Part shown: in pieces, positions 28,153 to 37,455 of the stretch
Numbering within the stretch: position 1 is the stretch's first letter
Layout: every line of letters starts with the position of its first letter
IMG/VR virus record: IMGVR_UViG_3300042987_002978
Span: 40,852-104,851 of that record
DNA from: a virus
Reading direction: 5' to 3' (one strand)
Length of the DNA: 64,000 nt
Program-made: the position numbers and the translations under genes
Notes under the pieces: generated by a model
What the model saw: only the letters and a program-made list of their open reading frames with translations
Told to the model about the DNA's origin: nothing
Databases searched by the model: none

Positions 28153-31100
28153 TTACGAACCGAAGACAATGGCCATTGCGATGGCCTTGCCAGTCGATGC
28201 ATATGTTGGTGTTTGCCATTCTAGACCAGTTGCCGTCGCAGAGTTGGCAACCAGGAGTTGGCCGTTAGTGCCAACCCCGAGACGAGTGACCGTGTCTGCC
28301 GCAGTAGCGGCCAACAGGTCACCTTTGGTCGTGACAATGTCGGTTGTCGGGTCGATGCCCCACTTCAAGCCAGTGGCAGTCGAGGAATCCGCGATGAGAA
28401 CGTATCCGTTCGTACCGACCGTCAGGTTGTCGATGGTGTCGTTGGCAGTACCGACGAGCAAGTCGCCCTTGTTGTCAATGGCGCTCAGGAGCGTGTCGAC
28501 CGCCGATGCGCCGATTTCCACCCAGTTTGAGGCGTAGTACACGTAAGTAGCACCGTCATCAGAGTCAAACCATGTGTCGCCTTCCAGCGGTGACGCAGGC
28601 GGGTTGGAACTGATTGCCAAGCGCGACGCACCGGAGATTGCGCCGACTTCAACCCATGCCGAGTCGTAGTAGACGTAGGTACGGCCGGTGTCTGACTCGA
28701 ACCAGAATTGTCCGTTCAACGGGCTGGCTGGGGCAGTGTCGGAAATCGTCGCGCCGCCAGAACCGAAGTCTGTGTATGTCGTCCCGTCGTTCGTGAACTG
28801 CCACTTGTCGGTGGTCTCGTTCCAACGGATTGCAACCGTGCTGGACGAGCCACGAAGGACCTCGAAACCGGCGTCGTCGCTCGGAGCGCCAGTGGTGACA
28901 TCGCTGTTCAGGGTGACGATATTGTCCTGGATGTTCAGGGTTCCGACAACCGTTAGGTTGTCGTCGACCGTGACGGTTCCGCCAGCGGAGTCAATCGTCA
29001 GGTTGCCTGACGTTGTGTCGATTTCGCCTGATGCGCTGACGCCGATTCGAACCGCGTCAGCAGTGACTCCGGCGAATGACGGACTATCTGACGTCCCGAC
29101 GGCTTGACCAATCGAAACGGAAGCAGTCGAGCCTTCGCCTGCCGTGTGGCTGATAGTGACACCGGTACCAGCGACGACATCTGCCATGTAGTTGCCGACC
29201 GTGTCGGTCCCAAGGTTGATTGGGTCGTTGACCCAGGCGGAGCCATTCCACTTCAGGAAGTCACCAGCAGACGCAGAGGTGATGTTTACATCACCGATAT
29301 CGTCCAGCGCCGCGATACTTTGGGCATCGACGTAGGCAGTCGAGGCGATGTCGACGTAGTTAGTTCCGTTCTCCGTGTATTCCCACTTGTCCGAAGTTTC
29401 GTTCCATCGCAACGAGACGTTGGCCGACGAGCCACGCTCAATTTCGATTCCTGCGTTCTGGCTCGGAGAACCGGTCTCGTTGCTGTTCAGGACGATGAGG
29501 TTGTCGGCGAGATTGATTGTCTCAGTGTTGACTGTCGTCGTCGTCCCGTTGACGGTCAGGTCTCCACCTATTGTTACGTTTCCAGTCGTAGTTACCTGAG
29601 CAAACTGAACCGAAGCAGAAGTTGCCACGTCTTGACCGATTGAAATTGAAGCACTCGAACCTTCGCTAGGAGTATGGACAATTGTGACGCCAGTTCCCTG
29701 AGCAAGGTCTGCCATGTAGTTGCCGGTCGTATCGGTGCCAAGAGCGACTGAATTGGCCTGAACTTGAGCAGTGATTGTTACATCGGTGGAGCCATCAAAA
29801 GAAGCCGAGCCAGACAAATCTCCACCCAATGAAATCGTGCGTGCGGTGTGCAAAGTCGTCGCCGTGTCGGCATGGAGGTTTGCAACTTCTGTAGTTGATG
29901 CGACAACGAATGGCGCACTGCCAGTAGCAATCGTGCTCTCGAAAGTCTCTGCGACTACAGGAGCAGGTGAGTATGTGCCATGGTCTGTGTCAATGGGACT
30001 TGACGGCTCAGGTGTGTACGAATCAAAGAACTTGAACTTGCCGTCCGTCGAATCACGGAAGTAACCAGCGTGCTTGTGTGAACCGTCGTAATAACTAGAG
30101 ACGACACCAGTGTCAAGACCTGCCGCGCTGGCTGTCGTGTTTAGATAGATGAAAGGATTGTCAATTTCAAGGCTGACTTGGTTCTCCGTGACAACCGAGC
30201 CGCTGACGTAGAGGTTGCGCCCGACGATTACGTCATATTGAGTCTCCAACTGATGGAACTCGACCGATGCCGACGTTCCAACGTCCTGACCGATGGCGAT
30301 ACTCGCCGAAGAACCTTCACCAGGAGTGTGGCTGACGGTTACGCCAGTGCCAGCAACAACGTCATTGACATAGTTGCCGACTGTGTCTGTTCCAAGATTT
30401 ATTTGGTCATTGACCCAAACGGCAGAGGCGCTGTCGTACTTGAGGAAGTCGCCATTCGTGAGGCCAGAGACCTTGACGTCGTGGAGTTCTTCAAGTTCAT
30501 AGCCATTCTGCGTGGCAACGTAAATGATGCCGTTGTTGGTCGCGCGAACGACCACGCCGACGAAAACGAGGTGGTCGGGCGATGATGGCTTTGTCGTTGT
30601 GACTTGGCCGTTTGTGCCGAGCCACAAAATGTCTCCGGCGTTGTAGGCCGAAAGGTCCATGCCGTTTGCATAACCGCGCGTGATGACAGAGCCATTTTGT
30701 CCTGCGGCAATTGATGCCGTTACGACACCGACAGTCTTTGACGATGTGGTGTCAGAAGTGTTGTCAGCGCGCTTTACGGAAGCATGGTCTCCGGTGCCAC
30801 CAAACAGGTAGACGACAGTTCCTGCAGTAAGTGTTGTGGCTTCGGCGTTGCGGACGTACGAAACGACTGGCGCGTACGAGTTGACCCAGCCTGCGCCGTC
30901 GTAGCCGAGAGTCTGGAATCGCTCTGGGGTGCCGACGATGACAACATCGCCAAGTTCGTTCAACCCGGCATTGAGGGCGACAGATGCGCTCGAACCTTCG
31001 CCTGGCGTGTGGGTGATGCTGATACCGGTTCCGGCAACGACGTCCGACATGTAGTTTCCGGTCGTGTCCGTTCCGAGGGCGACCGAGTTCGGTTCGACTT

Positions 31101-32247
31101 GCGCGGTAATAGTGATGTTCTGCGAACCGTCGAACGATGCCGAACCTGACAGGTCACCTGCAAGGGAGATGGCTCGTGCTGTTTCCAGCGAAGAAGCCGT
31201 AGTGGCATTTCCGCTCAGTGGAGCCGTGACATGCGCGAAAGTTACGGACGACGAAGTCTCGACGTCCTGTCCGACAGCGATGTTCTTATACGTAGTTCCG
31301 TCTTCGGTTATTTCCCACGAGTCAGTCGTTTCGTTCCAAAGGAGCGAGACGTTAGTTGAACTTCCACGCTCAATCTCGATTCCGGCAGTACCAGAAGGCA
31401 CTCCGGTTACATTGGCATTGAGAACTATGGTGTTGTCTTCGACAAGCAGGTCTTGAGTGTTTAGGGTTGTTGTCGTTCCATTTACTGTCAAATCACCAGA
31501 AATCGTCACTTGCGCAAATGTGACAGAAGCAGAAGTTGCCACGTCTTGACCGATTGCGATTGAGGCCGACGAACCCTCGCCAGGAGTATGACTGACAGTT
31601 ACGCCAGTGCCTGCAACGACATCGTTGACATAGTTACCTGTCGTATCTGTGCCAAGCGCGACAGAGTTTGGTTCTACCGATGCGGTGATTGTGACGTTGC
31701 TTGACCCGTCAAACGATGCAGAACCGCTCAGGTCTCCACCAAGCGAAATCGTTCTTGCGGTCTCAAGCGTCGTGGCCGTATCTGCATTGCCAGTCAAGTC
31801 TCCGGTCACATTGGCAGAAACATGCGCAAAAGTTACAGATGCAGATGTAGCGACGGACTGTCCGATTGAGACAGTCGGAGTCGCTGCTTCACCAGAGTTT
31901 CCGGCGAGCGTGACGCCGGTTCCGGCGACAAGTGACTCGACGTAGTTGCCGACTGTGTCAGTAGAAAGATTTACGGCATCGTTAATCCAGGCAGATGCTG
32001 AACTGTCATAGCGCAAAAAGTCGCCACCTGCGACACTGCTTATTGTTACGTCAGCAAGGTCGTTTATAGAACTCAGCGAAAGCGGGACGTGTGTGTACGA
32101 AAGGGAGTTCCATGCAGTGGTCCCGTCGCCTACCTTGAATTTCCTGGTGTCGGTTTCATAGCCAATTTCTCCAGCAAAAAGAACCGGGTTATTGGACACC
32201 CATGATGCAGCAGTACCGCGCTTGACTTGAATCCTTGCTCCGGCCAT
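28153..32247 (-). CDS. Long repetitive fibre protein with Mtd N-terminal-like anchor domain
   Basis: RIQVKRGTAASW..NPVL.AGEIGYETDT..FKVGDG.TAWN.L.Y. Six DTxGNY..AGTGV..GEG repeats. Two WF(E/D)SD.G.TYVYY..WVE repeats. Ends GKAIAMAIVFGS. Confidence 0.85.
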   Translation of the reverse strand: MAGARIQVKRGTAASWVSNNPVLFAGEIGYETDTRKFKVGDGTTAWNSLSYTHVPLSLSSINDLADVTISSVAGGDFLRYDSSASAWINDAVNLSTDTVGNYVESLVAGTGVTLAGNSGEAATPTVSIGQSVATSASVTFAHVSANVTGDLTGNADTATTLETARTISLGGDLSGSASFDGSSNVTITASVEPNSVALGTDTTGNYVNDVVAGTGVTVSHTPGEGSSASIAIGQDVATSASVTFAQVTISGDLTVNGTTTTLNTQDLLVEDNTIVLNANVTGVPSGTAGIEIERGSSTNVSLLWNETTDSWEITEDGTTYKNIAVGQDVETSSSVTFAHVTAPLSGNATTASSLETARAISLAGDLSGSASFDGSQNITITAQVEPNSVALGTDTTGNYMSDVVAGTGISITHTPGEGSSASVALNAGLNELGDVVIVGTPERFQTLGYDGAGWVNSYAPVVSYVRNAEATTLTAGTVVYLFGGTGDHASVKRADNTSDTTSSKTVGVVTASIAAGQNGSVITRGYANGMDLSAYNAGDILWLGTNGQVTTTKPSSPDHLVFVGVVVRATNNGIIYVATQNGYELEELHDVKVSGLTNGDFLKYDSASAVWVNDQINLGTDTVGNYVNDVVAGTGVTVSHTPGEGSSASIAIGQDVGTSASVEFHQLETQYDVIVGRNLYVSGSVVTENQVSLEIDNPFIYLNTTASAAGLDTGVVSSYYDGSHKHAGYFRDSTDGKFKFFDSYTPEPSSPIDTDHGTYSPAPVVAETFESTIATGSAPFVVASTTEVANLHADTATTLHTARTISLGGDLSGSASFDGSTDVTITAQVQANSVALGTDTTGNYMADLAQGTGVTIVHTPSEGSSASISIGQDVATSASVQFAQVTTTGNVTIGGDLTVNGTTTTVNTETINLADNLIVLNSNETGSPSQNAGIEIERGSSANVSLRWNETSDKWEYTENGTNYVDIASTAYVDAQSIAALDDIGDVNITSASAGDFLKWNGSAWVNDPINLGTDTVGNYMADVVAGTGVTISHTAGEGSTASVSIGQAVGTSDSPSFAGVTADAVRIGVSASGEIDTTSGNLTIDSAGGTVTVDDNLTVVGTLNIQDNIVTLNSDVTTGAPSDDAGFEVLRGSSSTVAIRWNETTDKWQFTNDGTTYTDFGSGGATISDTAPASPLNGQFWFESDTGRTYVYYDSAWVEVGAISGASRLAISSNPPASPLEGDTWFDSDDGATYVYYASNWVEIGASAVDTLLSAIDNKGDLLVGTANDTIDNLTVGTNGYVLIADSSTATGLKWGIDPTTDIVTTKGDLLAATAADTVTRLGVGTNGQLLVANSATATGLEWQTPTYASTGKAIAMAIVFGS

Positions 32248-32699
32248 TACACTGCACCTCCATCAAAACCAATCACGACGTAGTTAGTCACTTCTGCTTC
32301 ATATATTTCCGGTGAAACAATACCACCATCGACATCTCCAGATAACAAACCCCCGCCGGATACTTCTGTCCACGAAGAACTTGAGCGGAAGTAAAATTTG
32401 TCGTTGGTCGTGTCGATTGCGAGAGCACCGTCCGGAAGCGCAGAGGTTGGAGCCCCGTTGGTCGTAAGAGTGACCAAGCCGAGTGCGGACTGGAACACGT
32501 CATCCGTATAGAGGGTGTTTGCAGAAATCCTGTAGAGGTTGGTATCGCCCGTTGCCGCACCGCTGGACCATGTGAGTCGTCCGCCGGCATCGATTCGAAT
32601 ACGTGGGTGGCTGTCCTCGTTTACCCGTGTGGAGATAGCCTCATCACTGGGGCTACTGAACTCAATCCCACGTAGGGGAGTGCCTACAAATCTCGTCAT
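32247..32699 (-). CDS. Virion fibre linker protein
   Basis: GDTNLYR, P..ALPDGALAIDTTN.KFYFR..W, C-terminal DGG motifs. Confidence 0.65.
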   Translation of the reverse strand: MTRFVGTPLRGIEFSSPSDEAISTRVNEDSHPRIRIDAGGRLTWSSGAATGDTNLYRISANTLYTDDVFQSALGLVTLTTNGAPTSALPDGALAIDTTNDKFYFRSSSSWTEVSGGGLLSGDVDGGIVSPEIYEAEVTNYVVIGFDGGAV

Positions 32700-32759
32700 G
32701 TGAATACAGCCTCGACTGTCTTCTGGTTGTTTGTGCCCCTCGGGGCACTATGGCTATTA

Positions 32760-34217
32760 CTAACCAGTTACCACAACCGTGTAGGCATTCGAAGCAGGGG
32801 CCACAGAGAACGAAACTACAACGCTGTCTATTGTGGTCCTTTCAACATCCGCGATAACGGTGTCGTAATTGGAAGAGTCGTACACCTGAACTACCACGGC
32901 ACGCGTGCCGAAATTGTGTGTCACTGTGTACGAAACATCTGTGCCGTTACCGACAGCCTTGTAGGCCACGCGGGCAAGTGTCGGGGTGCTGGTGTTGCTT
33001 CCAGCAGACGGGGTCTCGGCAAGAGCGCCGCGGGCTGCAGATGCACTGGTCTCGCCAGTACCACCTTGGTCAATCGGAAGAGTTCCGGTCGTGTCGTTGG
33101 AGCCCTGAGCAAGGTCAATTGCGTCGCGGCTCAGGACACCGTTCGTGAAAGTGAGGCCATCACCAGCAAGGTTTCCGCTAAGGGCAAGACCGGCACTGGA
33201 CGTTACAAGACCGCTGACCGAGCCGTTAATCTTGATTTGCAATTCATCATCGGAAATCTCAAGACCACCGTTAATGTGTGGCGCGACAGACAGAACACCG
33301 GCAGATGCGCTTAGGCCTGCTCCCGCAGCGCCAGAGGCTATGCGGAGTTCATCATTGTGAACCTCAATGCTCGTTCCATCAACAAGAACGTTGAGCGTTG
33401 AGCCGTCTTTTTCAAGCGCTTCACCGGCGACAATCGTTCCCGCACCGGAGAACTGGACGAATGTAAGGGGAGTTGTCCCAAGGGTGATTGGGTTGTTCGT
33501 TGCGAGAACCCAACCAGTGTCAGCGTACGTTGTACCGTTCGTGACGAAGGTGAACAAACCAGAAGTGACTTCTGCACTGCTGTCTGCGTCTGTCGAACGT
33601 GAAGCCGCGCCAGAGGCAACCGCAACGTAGATACCGTTTTCGCTGGCGGTTGTCTGGTCCTTGACGAGGACGCGGTCGCCGGCTTCAAGGGTGTGCCCGT
33701 CGATTACATCGCCGGCCTCAAGGTCTGTGGCGATGTTGATTGGACCAGTCGTTGCGACATGAACCGACTGCTTGACGTCAAGGCCGCTGCGAGCCGCATC
33801 GACGTATTGCTTGTTCGCTGCATCGAGCGGGTTGGACGGGTCGGCAACCTGGAATCGACCGTTGCCGTCACGAATGACGAGGGTCCCGGTACCATCCGAA
33901 GCGGAGGCGTTGTCCAACTTCGACTTGTCCGAAGCGGACATGACGCCGGCTTGCGAACTTGAAGCGAGGTTCGGCTCGACCGAAATCGCACCGTTCGTTT
34001 CGTTGATTGTTACTGCGGCAGAAGCAGTGCCGACTGAAGAAACAGAGATGATTGCTTTCTTCCACGAAGTGCCATCGAAATACTTGATGGTCTTCTCGGT
34101 GGAGTTGTAAATGAGGCGGCCCTCAAAGTTGCCCGTGTTCGGGTCAGACGCGACGACCTGGAACTTACCGTTCTGCAGTTCGTTTTGGTTAAGGTTAAGG
34201 TTTGTTACGAACTTCAT
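32760..34217 (-). CDS. Tail/neck fibre protein
   Basis: DAANKQYVD..GLDVKQSV..ATT..DRVLVKDQT.ASENGIY. C-terminal THNFGT domain. Confidence 0.78.
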   Translation of the reverse strand: MKFVTNLNLNQNELQNGKFQVVASDPNTGNFEGRLIYNSTEKTIKYFDGTSWKKAIISVSSVGTASAAVTINETNGAISVEPNLASSSQAGVMSASDKSKLDNASASDGTGTLVIRDGNGRFQVADPSNPLDAANKQYVDAARSGLDVKQSVHVATTGPINIATDLEAGDVIDGHTLEAGDRVLVKDQTTASENGIYVAVASGAASRSTDADSSAEVTSGLFTFVTNGTTYADTGWVLATNNPITLGTTPLTFVQFSGAGTIVAGEALEKDGSTLNVLVDGTSIEVHNDELRIASGAAGAGLSASAGVLSVAPHINGGLEISDDELQIKINGSVSGLVTSSAGLALSGNLAGDGLTFTNGVLSRDAIDLAQGSNDTTGTLPIDQGGTGETSASAARGALAETPSAGSNTSTPTLARVAYKAVGNGTDVSYTVTHNFGTRAVVVQVYDSSNYDTVIADVERTTIDSVVVSFSVAPASNAYTVVVTG

Positions 34218-34241
34218 CTCGGACTACCTCCAGAATCTCTC

Positions 34242-34916
34242 CTAAGAAAGATACGCCTTTCCAGCGAAAGAGTGTGAGAAGGTCACCGTCAGGGCATTTT
34301 CTGACAAATAGGTGACCTCACCAACGACCTTCGAAAGCGCCGTATCGACGATGCTCACGTTCGGATAGAACTTCATGTTGTGCGTGATGTTCCAGGTTGA
34401 GGCGGCAGTCGGCTGGTCGTGGACGTATCGAGAGCGAGTGCGGAGTTCTTCAATCGCATCCTGAACGTTCGTTGACGTGATTTCAGAAGTTGCATTGAAA
34501 GAAATGCCTCCAGCAGAGGCGCTTTCACCGAATGCGTCGTCAACGTACTCGACAGTCGCATAGTTGACCTGTACAACCGGGTCTATGTTCGGTACTAAAT
34601 CAGCAAGGTCAACTGTCCCGCCGATTGCGTCTTTGTCCAAAGAAATGAAGTATTTGTTTAGTGCAGCACCCTTGATTCTCTCAGTGACTTCGTAGGTAAC
34701 GCCTTTTGGCTCTGTGTCCGTGTCGTTGGTTGCATAAAGAGAAACCGAAAATGTCCCAGAAGCACTGAGGCTCGCGCTTACTTCCGTCGGGGCAATCGTC
34801 AAGTTCTGCGACGGCTGCCGCATCGGGGCGGTGGCAAGAAAGGTCACGCGCCCTTGGGCCGGGTTGCCAATGCCGTCGAGGAACTCGCCGGTGACGGTGA
34901 TTTGCGTGAATGCCAT
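34242..34916 (-). CDS. Fibre attachment/minor virion protein
   Basis: N-terminal Ig/prealbumin-like segment (TVTG.F.D..G.PAQGRVTF). C-terminal W.ITHN..YPNV..GKAYLS domain. Confidence 0.65.
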   Translation of the reverse strand: MAFTQITVTGEFLDGIGNPAQGRVTFLATAPMRQPSQNLTIAPTEVSASLSASGTFSVSLYATNDTDTEPKGVTYEVTERIKGAALNKYFISLDKDAIGGTVDLADLVPNIDPVVQVNYATVEYVDDAFGESASAGGISFNATSEITSTNVQDAIEELRTRSRYVHDQPTAASTWNITHNMKFYPNVSIVDTALSKVVGEVTYLSENALTVTFSHSFAGKAYLS

Positions 34917-35305
34917 TATTGCGCCTTCTGAATGACGTTGAGAGTGACCGAGTGCAAAATTGTATCATCAGTCGATGAGAGGACGCGCTGTATATCGAAT
35001 ACCCTGACCCTGAAAATGTCCTGATTTGCAGTTATCGGCTGGCTATCCAAGGCAGCAACCACGTCGTCAACCAATGTCGTATTTTCAGCAGTTCGAAGTT
35101 GCCATAGGTTCACCCGTACCTGCCTGTTTCGGGCAAGCACGGTTTTGTCCCCGTAAAGAATCGGCTGGTTTGTCACCTCATCGCTGATTGTGACGTACGG
35201 GTACTCCGTTTCCGGCGGAGCAATGTCCCTGTAAATCTTAGAGTTGACACCAGCAAGATTTGCATTGACGAGTGTCGTCCTGATTGCGCCGCCGACGGAT
35301 GCCAT
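34916..35305 (-). CDS. Tail terminator/completion protein
   Basis: IY.D.AP..YPYVTI..V.VNLW. Position after the gp10-like gene. Confidence 0.75.
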   Translation of the reverse strand: MASVGGAIRTTLVNANLAGVNSKIYRDIAPPETEYPYVTISDEVTNQPILYGDKTVLARNRQVRVNLWQLRTAENTTLVDDVVAALDSQPITANQDIFRVRVFDIQRVLSSTDDTILHSVTLNVIQKAQ

Positions 35306-35871
35306 TAGAAACCCAAATCAATCACGATGTTGTTACCTTTTTGGTTCTGTTTGCGGATGTTCCGCTCGTACGCACGCTCAAGACTCACCTTGACAACGTC
35401 TTCGGCGATTGATGCCACGAATTGCCTTGCTGGAAGCATGAATGGACGAGCGGGAATTCGAGGAGTTCCATACTCAAGTTCACGCGCAAATGGAGCAGTC
35501 ACACCAAATTCAGCGACAGCAGGATTGTCTTTACTCTTGCTATTCAGTTGAGCATAGATACTTGACTCAAGTGTCCCGCCCTGAGTCGCAGCAGGCGGTT
35601 GACCTGGTTGCGAGGAATAACGTATTTGCCCTTTGTGATAGTACGGTTTATAACTGCCCGGCTTGCTTATTTCTTGACGGATTTGATTGGCGCCCAAAAA
35701 TGCAAGTGCTTTTGCTGTGTCGTTCATCGCGTAAACGCCGGCCATAACCATGTTCTTCAAACGTGCATCAAGTTTTTTAAATGCATCCAAAATTGTTCCG
35801 GTTGGGGTTTGAGCAGTCCATACTTCGTCGGCCATTCCTGGAAAACTAAAACCGCCTCGTATTTGTGCCAT
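35305..35871 (-). CDS. HK97 gp10-like neck protein
   Basis: S.PGQPPA..G.L..SI and FARELEYGTPRIPARPFMLPA. Confidence 0.82.
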   Translation of the reverse strand: MAQIRGGFSFPGMADEVWTAQTPTGTILDAFKKLDARLKNMVMAGVYAMNDTAKALAFLGANQIRQEISKPGSYKPYYHKGQIRYSSQPGQPPAATQGGTLESSIYAQLNSKSKDNPAVAEFGVTAPFARELEYGTPRIPARPFMLPARQFVASIAEDVVKVSLERAYERNIRKQNQKGNNIVIDLGF

Positions 35872-35872
35872 A

Positions 35873-36214
35873 TCAGCGCAACGTCCTTCTGCACTCTGCA
35901 CGAACGTGAGTTTTTGTGTACATCAATGCATCTATTTCATACGTGCCATTCACGACCGGATTGATTCCGGAAAGAACTATCTGGTCTCCGTATGTAACAG
36001 GAGCATCAAGAGGAATGCGGCAAATGATGTTTCTCTCTTCGCTAAGTTGTCCAGTCGTTCCCTCATCAACGTCTTCTGATGAATTCTGATGGACAGAACC
36101 ATAAACCGTCGTGTCTGAACCTGCGTTGCTCCAGATGCCTTCGTCTTCCGCAGCCGAGTCTGCAAAATCTGGACTCATGTTGCGAATCACGATTGGCGTT
36201 CGCGCGCCTCGCAT
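35873..36214 (-). CDS. Head-tail stopper/closure protein
   Basis: 113 aa beta protein (GDQIV..TYEI) in the canonical position. Confidence 0.65.
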   Translation of the reverse strand: MRGARTPIVIRNMSPDFADSAAEDEGIWSNAGSDTTVYGSVHQNSSEDVDEGTTGQLSEERNIICRIPLDAPVTYGDQIVLSGINPVVNGTYEIDALMYTKTHVRAECRRTLR

Positions 36215-36216
36215 GG

Positions 36217-36777
36217 CTAGACAATCACCCTTCGTTTGAATCGTTTTACTGAATTCAATTCTGATTGGGTGAATCCACCTTCTCCGTTGTCAGGGAAGAC
36301 ATAGTCCGTCCCTTCGACTTTGAACCGCGCAAGACCCTGTGCATCAATCAGAAACTTTCCCATCTCCCTCGTTGCCGCAGAATAAATGACTCGCTCAAGC
36401 GCGACCGTGTCACTGCTCGTCATGCCGGCCGTGTAAGTGACCAGGGCCTGGTTGCCGGTTCCAGCAATTCTGATGTTGTCGATGCCCCACGGGAAAATGT
36501 CGAAGTCTGCGATGTTCTGCTGGACTTCTTCGCCGGGCATGCCGACATAAAAAGAAGTGATGCTCTGCACCGGGGCATGTCGGAGGAATATCTGTCTTTG
36601 ATTCGGCACGAGTTTGTGCTCTTCTTCCGTGTAGACACGTGCGCCCAGCGGGCGGTTCAGGTAATACTCAAGTTCTGCTTCCAGGCTTGAAATAATCGAC
36701 TGAGCGGCATCCTCTTGGGCGGTTGTGAATGTCTTGCCCATATATATCTCTAAGTCGTTCGGGGTGAGAATGGCCAT
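36217..36777 (-). CDS. Head-tail adaptor
   Basis: LT..DL..Y..LE.YLNRPL..L...PV.SI..VTYTAG. Leaderless start 7 nt after TATTAT. Confidence 0.78.
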   Translation of the reverse strand: MAILTPNDLEIYMGKTFTTAQEDAAQSIISSLEAELEYYLNRPLGARVYTEEEHKLVPNQRQIFLRHAPVQSITSFYVGMPGEEVQQNIADFDIFPWGIDNIRIAGTGNQALVTYTAGMTSSDTVALERVIYSAATREMGKFLIDAQGLARFKVEGTDYVFPDNGEGGFTQSELNSVKRFKRRVIV

Positions 36778-36819
36778 GCGGCCGATAATACACCAGACAA
36801 GAAAATTATTGAAATTGGC

Positions 36820-37215
36820 TTACTTTGCCTCGCAAACCCAGAATATGTCCTTATAGGCAAAAGCCGCATAATCATCGTCGCCCATGTCCAAAAGAAATCC
36901 GAGTTCGTCAGACTTTATCCTGATGTCGATTTTCTCGACGACGCCGAAGCATGAATGCATGATGATGTTCTCATCGTCAAGGAGTTCCCAGCCATAGCGG
37001 ACTTCGATGTTTTTGCCGAGTTCGTACGCGCTATGAATCATCCCTGTGGCAGTTAGGGTGGCGATGAGTTGTTCATAAGGGTTTTCGGGGCTGAAATCGT
37101 CTCTCGCCATAAAGAGTTTCATGATGCCGGTTTTGATTAGGGCAAAAGCGTGGGGATGACCCCAGGCGTTGGCAAAGTCGTATCCCGTTGAGCCGTCTTT
37201 CTCGGACTCGTCCAC
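36820..37215 (-). CDS. Hypothetical protein
   Basis: 131 aa ORF packed against its neighbours. Confidence 0.6.
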   Translation of the reverse strand: MDESEKDGSTGYDFANAWGHPHAFALIKTGIMKLFMARDDFSPENPYEQLIATLTATGMIHSAYELGKNIEVRYGWELLDDENIIMHSCFGVVEKIDIRIKSDELGFLLDMGDDDYAAFAYKDIFWVCEAK

Positions 37216-37218
37216 GGG

Positions 37219-37377
37219 CTATTTCGTTTCGATATTGGCGACAGACGAAACGGTGATTGGAAGGACCTTGTACTTCTTTGCCTCTTCGACCGTCATGCGG
37301 TCGCCTCGGCTCTTGACCTTGACGGCGACTCCGTTGCGGGTCTCGAAGATATCTCGTGGCGCAATTACGTGTGTCAT
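37219..37377 (-). CDS. Small post-capsid protein (52 aa)
   Basis: MTHVIAPRD start lies 6 nt after TATGAT, just past the capsid terminator. Confidence 0.65.
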   Translation of the reverse strand: MTHVIAPRDIFETRNGVAVKVKSRGDRMTVEEAKKYKVLPITVSSVANIETK

Positions 37378-37404
37378 GACTACATCATACCTGATTGTCA
37401 ATAT

Positions 37405-37435
37405 AAAAAGAAAGGCCCGGGGTTTCCCCCGGGCC
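37405..37435 (-). terminator. Intrinsic terminator after major capsid gene
   Basis: GGCCCGGGG-GAAA-CCCCGGGCC followed by TTTCTTTTT. Confidence 0.88.
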
Positions 37436-37455
37436 AATCTTTTGATTCGTCAGAA

